From the NCBI GenBank assembly GCA_039194325.1, contig JBCCWC010000002.1, forward strand, positions 32,001 to 96,000: a DNA stretch of 64,000 nt, given 5' to 3'. Position numbers and translations under genes: made by a program. The notes beneath the pieces are model-generated. The model saw nothing but the letters and a program-made list of their open reading frames with translations, did not search any database and was not told the DNA's origin. Shown here piece after piece: positions 57,577 through 64,000 of the stretch. This DNA is from Myxococcota bacterium. GTDB lineage: Bacteria; Myxococcota_A; Polyangia; Nannocystales; Nannocystaceae. Positions within the stretch are counted from its first letter, which is position 1; the number at the start of each line of letters is the position of its first letter.

Positions 57577-58866
57577 CTAGTGGATCGGTGCCAGGTTCTG
57601 AATGTCGTCGACCGCATCGAGCCACCCGGTGATCTCCGCGTGGAGCTCGACGGCCGATGGGCACTGACTGTCGGCCAGGGCCACTCGGGTAGCGCGGGCC
57701 AGGGCGATACCGTCTGGGCGGGCTAAGGGGTCGCGGGCCAGCCTCCGGGCGCGCCCGAAGCTGCGGATGGCGTCGGCCACCACGTCGCACCCCTTCGTTG
57801 GTTTGGGCTGCGCGCTGGTGCATGTCGCGTGCTCGGGCTCGGGCTCCGAGGTCTGGTCGGTGAACGCAGCGGCGGTCAGGCCCAGCACCGCCAGCCCGCT
57901 CAGGGCCGTCCCTGCCACGAGGCGCTGCCAGGCTCGGTTTCGGGTGATCCGCCGCAAGTCCACGAGCAGCTCGTCCATGCTCGGGTAGCGCTCCTCGGGA
58001 GACCACGAAAGGCCCCGCTCTAGCACCGAGTGCAGACGCCGGGGCACGCCGCTGCCGGGAGGCGGGCTGGGCAAGCGGCCCTTCTTGGCCTGCCACAGCG
58101 CGCGAGTGGTCAGGCCCTCGAAGGGCAGGTGCCCATAGAGCGCCTCGAACAGGGCCACGCAGAACGAGAACTGATCGCTGCGGGCATCGACCAGTCGGCC
58201 CTCATGCTGCTCGGGTGCCATATAGGCCGGGGTGCCCATGGCCGAGCCCTTTCGCGTCAGACGGGCGGGCTTGGGCATGGTGTCGGCGCCCATCTGCACG
58301 GGGGTCAGGAAGCGCTGGTCTCCCTGCACGAAGGCGGCCACGCCGAAGTCGCACACGAACACCCCCCCGGCTCGGTCGACGAGCACGTTGGTGGGCTTGA
58401 AGTCGCGGTGCACGATGCCCGCCGCGTGGGCGGCCGCCAGCCCGCGACCCGCGGCCACGAAGACCTCGATGATCTTGCGCCAGTGGGGGCGCTCCCGGAG
58501 CCAAGTGGCCACGTCGGGGCCGTCGACCAGCGGCATGGCCAGGAACACCCCCGATGGGGTCAGCCCCACGTCGTAGACCCCCAGCACGTTGGGGTGTTGC
58601 AAAGCCGCCATCGACTGGGCTTCGCGGCGTAGTCGGGCCTGGGCTTCGGTGGCGTCTCGGTCGGAACGGGGCCGCATGAGTTTGACCGCGACTCGGCGCG
58701 CGAGTTCGGGATCCCATGCCTCGTAGACTGCGCCCATCCCCCCCAGGCCCAGGCGCTCTCGCAGCTCGTAGCGTCCGGCTCGGGCGAGGCGACCCTCCGC
58801 GCCCAGAGGGCGATAGGCCGCGGTACGCTCGCGAGTTCGGACGCGTTTTCGAGTCGAAGCGTTCAT
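57577..58866 (-). CDS. Membrane Ser/Thr protein kinase with a short Cys-containing extracellular domain
   Basis: GLGGMG, HRDFKPTN, DFG, GTPAYMAPE; TM segment. Confidence 0.93.
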   Translation of the reverse strand: MNASTRKRVRTRERTAAYRPLGAEGRLARAGRYELRERLGLGGMGAVYEAWDPELARRVAVKLMRPRSDRDATEAQARLRREAQSMAALQHPNVLGVYDVGLTPSGVFLAMPLVDGPDVATWLRERPHWRKIIEVFVAAGRGLAAAHAAGIVHRDFKPTNVLVDRAGGVFVCDFGVAAFVQGDQRFLTPVQMGADTMPKPARLTRKGSAMGTPAYMAPEQHEGRLVDARSDQFSFCVALFEALYGHLPFEGLTTRALWQAKKGRLPSPPPGSGVPRRLHSVLERGLSWSPEERYPSMDELLVDLRRITRNRAWQRLVAGTALSGLAVLGLTAAAFTDQTSEPEPEHATCTSAQPKPTKGCDVVADAIRSFGRARRLARDPLARPDGIALARATRVALADSQCPSAVELHAEITGWLDAVDDIQNLAPIH

Positions 58867-59471
58867 GCCAGTTAAGGGGGACCTTGACCCCACGAAGTAG
58901 TCGCCGCAAGCCCGAGAAAGGTTCGCCCTACCTCACGATTGTGTTGGAGCATTCGATGTTGGTAACTCGTCCCACGCAGAAGTCACCAAATACGAGCATT
59001 TTGCTGCTTGGGAGGCATCCTCTGTGTACGAAGGGTGAGCTCGATCGAAGAGATGACGCGCGGTGTTTCGTTATGGGACCTAAGATCGTGGGATCGGTCA
59101 CGGCTCGGGGGGCCTTTCAATGGACGATGGGCGCGGTTCTTTCGCCGGTGTGCGACATGGTGTTTTCGAAGCGTCGTCGGCCTCCGTCGAGCGCGGAGCG
59201 ATCCGCGATCCTGGTCGCAACGAGGTCGCTCGGCCGTTCCGACGCGATCGTTCGAGCTCGGGCAAGCGGTCGTTCGAGCAGGCGCCGGTCGAGCATCGAT
59301 GCATCGAGCGTTGATCCTCGACGTTCGATGCCTCGACCTGCGAAGTCCAAGCGCAGCATGCGATGGTTCGTATTCAATACGACCTACGAATCGGTGCGTC
59401 GTGGTGCGTCGAATCGATCGCATCTGATCGCGCTCGCTCGAGGCTCATTCCGCGAGTGTTCGATCGTTCAG

Positions 59472-59525
59472 TCAGTTCGGTCAGTTCGGTCAGTTCGGTC
59501 AGTTCGGTCAGTTCGGTCAGCTCGG
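59472..59525. repeat. Intergenic 9-bp tandem repeat (TCAGTTCGG) x6
   Basis: Five perfect copies and one TCAGCTCGG. Confidence 0.95.
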
Positions 59526-59580
59526 ACATCACGAGGCTCGAGCGGTCATCGACGGCCGCTCGGGTGAACGCTCGAGCGGG

Positions 59581-62500
59581 TCACTGCGTGGGTGCTGGAT
59601 GCACGACCGTCGCCTTCGGGAGCGGGTGAGCGTCGAGCCACCGCTCCACCGTTGCTCGCTCTTTGGCTGCGATCGCGCCGGCTTCGGTGTAGTCGTCGTG
59701 CGCGTACTCGGCCAGTCGTCGGGCTCGGAGTCGGTGCTCGGGCTCGGCCCACAGCGCGCGGGCTAGCACGAACCGGGCCGTGGCCATCTGGCGAGGGTCG
59801 AAGGTCTCGCCCGATTCGAACAGTGCGAGGGCCCGCTGCGCATGCGCCTGCGCACCGGCCGGGTCGTTTTGCCGCAGCTCGACCTTGGCCAGGCCGAGCA
59901 CCGCAGGGGCCAGCTTGGAGGGGTTGGGCGCCGAGGTACCCTCGAGCAGGGAGACCGCATGCTCGAAGCTATCGGAGGCCGCCCGTAGCTCTCCGCGCTC
60001 GAGCTGAATCTCGCCGATCCCGTGCATCGCCGTGGCCAGGACGGGGTGGTCGGGTCCCAGCGCGGCCCGATGGATCCCGAGCCCCTGACGATAGTGCAGC
60101 AGGGCCCCCTCGAGGTCGCCCTGCTCGGCCAGCACGAGCCCGATGTTGTCCAGTGTGTGGGCGACCACGGGGTGCCGTGGTCCGAGGTTGGCCTGGAAGC
60201 CGGCGAGCGCTCGTCGATAGTGCACCAGGGCGCCGTCCAGATCCGAGAGCCGGTGGAGCACGACCGCGATGTTGCCCAGGGTCTTGGTCCGGTCGATGTG
60301 CTCGGGGGCGAGAGCGAGCCGCTGCTTGGCCAGGACCTGACGATGAAGTTCCAGCGCATCGCCGAGCTTGCCCTGTCGCTCGAGCGCCAGCGCGATGTTG
60401 CCCAGCGTGCGGAGCCGGTCGGGGTGCTCGGGGGGGAGCACGCGTTGCTGAATGGATCTCGTGCGCGCCAGGTAAGCCAGGGCGTCGTCGAGCAGATCTT
60501 GGTGATCCATGAGCATGACCCCGATGTTGCCCAGCGACTTGGCGAGCTCGGGATGGTCGGGTCCCAGCGTGCGCTCCTGAATGAACACCGCTCGTTGGTA
60601 GTGATCCAGCGCCTCTTTGGGCTTGCCCTGGGCGGTCAGGGTGATCCCCAGCTCGTTGAGGTTTTGGGGAATCCTCGGGTGCTCGGGATCCATCGCTTGC
60701 CTGATCGTGAGGGCCAGCTCCAGGTACGTGAGCGCTTGGTCGAGCTTCCCTTGGTCGCGGAGCATCATCCCCGTGTGCGCAAAGATCGAGGCCCGGGTCG
60801 CGGGATCGGTGTCACGGCGTCGAGCCAGGGCCAGGGCGGTCTGGCTCAACGTCTGCGCGCGCTCGGACTGGCCCAGCTGGCGGCCTACGATCCACAGTCG
60901 CCAGTTGGTCGCCGTGGCCTCGATCTGCCGGTGATCGTGTCGCAGCGCCAGTAGGTAGGCGCGCTCGAGGTCGGCGGCCGCCTCGGAATAAAGACCCATG
61001 GCATTGCGCGCCAAGCTTCGTTGCATCAGCGCCTCCGCCATCAGCGGCCCGTACCCGATCGTCTTGGCGGCCTCGAGCGAAGCCTCCGCGTCGAGTAGGG
61101 CTCGCTGATACTTGCCCGCGTGGATCTGCACGCGGACGTCGAGCAGTCGCTCCCGGACGGCGTCGACGCGGCGGGCCTCGCTGGGCGCTTCGGGGCGGGG
61201 CAGTGCGGTCTCCAGCGCGAGCAGATCGTCGCAGCGGGACAACAGCGGCAATCCCGCCACTACGGTCGTGGCCTTGTCGACCACGTGCGTATCGGTCTGG
61301 GCCAGCAGGTCCACTGTCTTTTGCAGGGCGGTCCGGCGGGTGTCCATGCATCGCATGCGTCGCCCCATGTCCCGCTCGGTCTGCACCTCGGATACCCGGG
61401 TCGCCTCGCAGATCTCGGTGTGCTTGGCCACCCACTGCTGCCCGTAGTCGCTCAGCTGCGCGTCGACCCGGGTCCACGTGTCGTCGGCGTAGGGACGCCC
61501 CGAGCCCTCGAGCGCCGCGCGGACCTCGGCGCGGCGCTCTTGGTCCCAGATTCCATCGAGCTCCCGCTCCGAGCCTGCACACTGCTCCTTGCGTTCCTCC
61601 TCCCAGTGCGTGGCCAGGGAGGCCATCCCGAGCCCCAACCCGAGCCCCGCGCCCAGGGCCAGTGAGCCGAGCAGCCGCCGTTCCTTCCACCGGGGGGTCA
61701 CCACCCGCTCGAGCGCGTCTAGCAGCGCGTCCATCGACGGCCACCGCCGCTCGGGCTCGGTGGCCAGCCCGCGCAGGAGGATCTGTCGCAGGCGTGCCGG
61801 GACCTTCGTTCCGGGGGGGGCGAGTCGGATCCGGCCTTCGCTCAGCGAGGCCGCGAGCTGTTGGATCGTCGTGCCAGGGAAGGGGCGCTGGGCGTAGACC
61901 GCCTCGTAGAGCGACACACAGAAGCTGAACTGATCGCTCAGCGCGTCGATCGTTCGCCCCTCGAACTGCTCGAGGGGCATATAGGGCAGCGTCCCCATCG
62001 TCGCGCCGGGCTGGGTCAGCGAGCAGTTCAGGGCGTCGTCTCGGGGTTCCACCGGCATGGGTGCGGGGATGATCTCCTCGGTCGTCGCCTTGTCGGTGCG
62101 CACCACCAGGCCGAAGTCGAGGATCCGGGCCCGCCCGTCCTCGTCGAGGATGCAGTTGCTCGGCTTGAAATCTCGGTGCACCAGTCCGGCGGCATGGACT
62201 GCGGCCAGCCCCCGGCCGGCGCCCAGGTACACCTCGACGCATCGTCGCCAACCCGGTGCGGGCGACTTCACCCTCCATTGGTCGAGCGTCGGTCCGCAGA
62301 CCAGCTCGAGGGCCACGAAGGGCTGGCCCTCGACCTCGCTCACCTCGAAGACCTGGACGACATTGGGATGGGACAGCTGAGCCAGGCCCTGGGCCTCTCG
62401 CCGCAACCGCCGGGCTAGATCTTGGTTTTGGTGCGGGTGGAGTAGCTTGAGGGCCACTCGGCGGTCGAGCTCGTCGTCGTAGGCTTCCAGCACCGTCCCC

Positions 62501-62787
62501 ATGCCTCCGCGGCCGAGCTCTCGCAAGACCACGTACCGCCCAAAGCGGTGCACCGCGGCGCGCTTGAACAGCGCACTTTGCACCCGGGCCCTCCGGGCTT
62601 CTCCCACCACGTCCCGGGGTACAGGTACCCCGTCGTTGTCGAGCTCCGAGGCCGACGGATCATCGCTCGGGGTCGTCGAAGCGGTCGGATCCTTCGGATT
62701 GGCCTCCGGGTCGGCCTCCGGGTCGGCCTCCGGGTTGGCCTCCGGGTTGGCCTCGCTCACCAGCTCTCTCCCACCACGTACCTTCAC
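59581..62787 (-). CDS. Ser/Thr protein kinase with TM segment and TPR array
   Basis: GRGGMG, HRDFKPSN, DFG; LGPDHP TPRs; N-terminal EA[ND]P 12-bp repeats. Confidence 0.95.
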   Translation of the reverse strand: MKVRGGRELVSEANPEANPEADPEADPEANPKDPTASTTPSDDPSASELDNDGVPVPRDVVGEARRARVQSALFKRAAVHRFGRYVVLRELGRGGMGTVLEAYDDELDRRVALKLLHPHQNQDLARRLRREAQGLAQLSHPNVVQVFEVSEVEGQPFVALELVCGPTLDQWRVKSPAPGWRRCVEVYLGAGRGLAAVHAAGLVHRDFKPSNCILDEDGRARILDFGLVVRTDKATTEEIIPAPMPVEPRDDALNCSLTQPGATMGTLPYMPLEQFEGRTIDALSDQFSFCVSLYEAVYAQRPFPGTTIQQLAASLSEGRIRLAPPGTKVPARLRQILLRGLATEPERRWPSMDALLDALERVVTPRWKERRLLGSLALGAGLGLGLGMASLATHWEEERKEQCAGSERELDGIWDQERRAEVRAALEGSGRPYADDTWTRVDAQLSDYGQQWVAKHTEICEATRVSEVQTERDMGRRMRCMDTRRTALQKTVDLLAQTDTHVVDKATTVVAGLPLLSRCDDLLALETALPRPEAPSEARRVDAVRERLLDVRVQIHAGKYQRALLDAEASLEAAKTIGYGPLMAEALMQRSLARNAMGLYSEAAADLERAYLLALRHDHRQIEATATNWRLWIVGRQLGQSERAQTLSQTALALARRRDTDPATRASIFAHTGMMLRDQGKLDQALTYLELALTIRQAMDPEHPRIPQNLNELGITLTAQGKPKEALDHYQRAVFIQERTLGPDHPELAKSLGNIGVMLMDHQDLLDDALAYLARTRSIQQRVLPPEHPDRLRTLGNIALALERQGKLGDALELHRQVLAKQRLALAPEHIDRTKTLGNIAVVLHRLSDLDGALVHYRRALAGFQANLGPRHPVVAHTLDNIGLVLAEQGDLEGALLHYRQGLGIHRAALGPDHPVLATAMHGIGEIQLERGELRAASDSFEHAVSLLEGTSAPNPSKLAPAVLGLAKVELRQNDPAGAQAHAQRALALFESGETFDPRQMATARFVLARALWAEPEHRLRARRLAEYAHDDYTEAGAIAAKERATVERWLDAHPLPKATVVHPAPTQ

Positions 62788-63003
62788 GTTGTCTCGCTAG
62801 TAACGCGAGCGCAGCCACGGATTGCGCAGTGGCCGATTTTCCCGGATCGGTCTCGGGGGGGCGGCCCAAGTGGCCCCAACGTGCCTATGCCTCGGTTTAC
62901 GCGGGGGTCTCGGTGCACGCTTCGGGCCGCTGGAGGATGGAGGCCGACCGTGGAAGACTGGTCACCGACGATGAGCGGGATGAACGCGGTAGAGGCCGAG
63001 CCG

Positions 63004-63654
63004 ATGGCGGATCGGAAGGACGAGGAGCTGCTGTTGGCCTGGAGGTCCGGGGAGCGAGACGCCGGGGAAGCGCTGTTCGAGCGGCACTACGCCAAGATCG
63101 CGCTGTTCTTCCAGAACAAGGTGGCCGAGCCCGAGGATCTGATTCAGCGTACGTTCCTGGCGTGCGTCGAGTCGGCCGATCGCTTCCGCGTCAACTCTAG
63201 CTTTCGGGCCTATCTGCTGGGCATCGCGGTCAACGTGCTGCGCAACCACTATCGGCGGCTCAACGGGCCACGCAACCATACCGCGCTGCAGATCTCCATG
63301 GAAGACATGGGGCAGACCCCCAGTCAGATCATCTCCTACCAAGAGGAGGAGCGCCTGCTGCTCGCCGCCCTGCGGCGGCTACCCATCGAGCGGCAGCTGC
63401 TGCTCGAGTTGTTCTACTGGGAGCAGATGAAGACTCACGAGCTGGCCGAAGTGCTGGGCTGGCCCGTGGGGACGGTACGCGATCGGCTCCGGCGGGCGCG
63501 CAAGCATCTCGAGGAGCACCTCACCACGCTGGCCGAGTCCAAGACCCGGCTCGACAGCACGGTGACTCGGCTCGACGAGTGGGTCGAGAAGCTACGCCTC
63601 CGGCTGCATCGGGGACCAGGCGGGGGACCCGATCGGGGACCAGACCGGGGGTGA
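63004..63654 (+). CDS. ECF RNA polymerase sigma factor
   Basis: EDLIQRTFLAC, SSFRAYLLGIA.N, ELAEVLGWPVGTVRDRLRRAR. Confidence 0.92.
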   Translation: MADRKDEELLLAWRSGERDAGEALFERHYAKIALFFQNKVAEPEDLIQRTFLACVESADRFRVNSSFRAYLLGIAVNVLRNHYRRLNGPRNHTALQISMEDMGQTPSQIISYQEEERLLLAALRRLPIERQLLLELFYWEQMKTHELAEVLGWPVGTVRDRLRRARKHLEEHLTTLAESKTRLDSTVTRLDEWVEKLRLRLHRGPGGGPDRGPDRG

Positions 63655-63658
63655 TCGG

Positions 63659-64000
63659 TTGGTCTCCGATGGTTCCATCGACCGCGTCTTTGCGCGGCTC
63701 GGCGAGGCCCGGGGGGTTGATCCCCGGCTCAGCCACAACAAGGACCAGGTCAAGGCTCGGCTGTTCGGGGCCGACAAGTCCACCGAGACCGTCGCCGGCC
63801 GACCGCGGCTCGGTGCGGTCACCGACCGGGGACCTTCCTCGGCCGGTGCCCGACCGTTGCCGCGCCCGCGCGTGCCCTCTGGGCCTGCGCCCGAGCGGAT
63901 CGGTCGCTTCGTCGTCCTCGGCCCGCTCGGCAAGGGGGGGATGGGCAAGGTCTACCGAGCGTTCGACGACGTCCTGGAGCGTCAAGTCGCCGTCAAGGTC
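63659..64000 (+). CDS. Ser/Thr protein kinase, 5' part (runs off the window)
   Basis: Manual translation: ...KDQVKARLFG...ERIGRFVVLGPLGKGGMGKVYRAFDDVLERQVAVKV. Confidence 0.9.
   Translation, partial: MVSDGSIDRVFARLGEARGVDPRLSHNKDQVKARLFGADKSTETVAGRPRLGAVTDRGPSSAGARPLPRPRVPSGPAPERIGRFVVLGPLGKGGMGKVYRAFDDVLERQVAVKV

Overview
GC-rich bacterial chromosomal window. The gene content points to a Nannocystaceae-like myxobacterium (inference): eight Hanks-type Ser/Thr kinase genes (several with TPR sensors), two ECF sigma factors with a shared C-terminal tail, and many Cys-containing lipoproteins. No rRNA, tRNA, CRISPR array or transposase was found. Recognisable blocks are a TetR-hydrolase pair with a clear promoter/operator, a two-component pair, a CBS/P-type ATPase/USP operon, a MoxR-type AAA ATPase plus DUF5682 protein, GST, an RpiB-like protein, cutA, an MBOAT-SGNH O-acyltransferase pair, ubiA, TauE, a nitrate MFS transporter, and a porin-amylase-(ankyrin)-ABC ATPase sugar cluster. 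The most interesting candidates are: (1) a small lipoprotein with four N-[PT]-[GA]-P repeats coupled in frame to a ferritin-like di-iron enzyme, a possible new peptide/lipoprotein modification system; (2) ECF sigma factors with a conserved ST-x-T-x-L-x-x-W tail next to kinases sharing an N-terminal helix; (3) a membrane pseudokinase with nine YTPPS repeats; (4) an AT-rich intergenic element with about 41-bp phased boxes; and (5) a 114-nt rod-like hairpin upstream of a DRT102-like RpiB. All family assignments come from motif recognition by eye, with no database searches.
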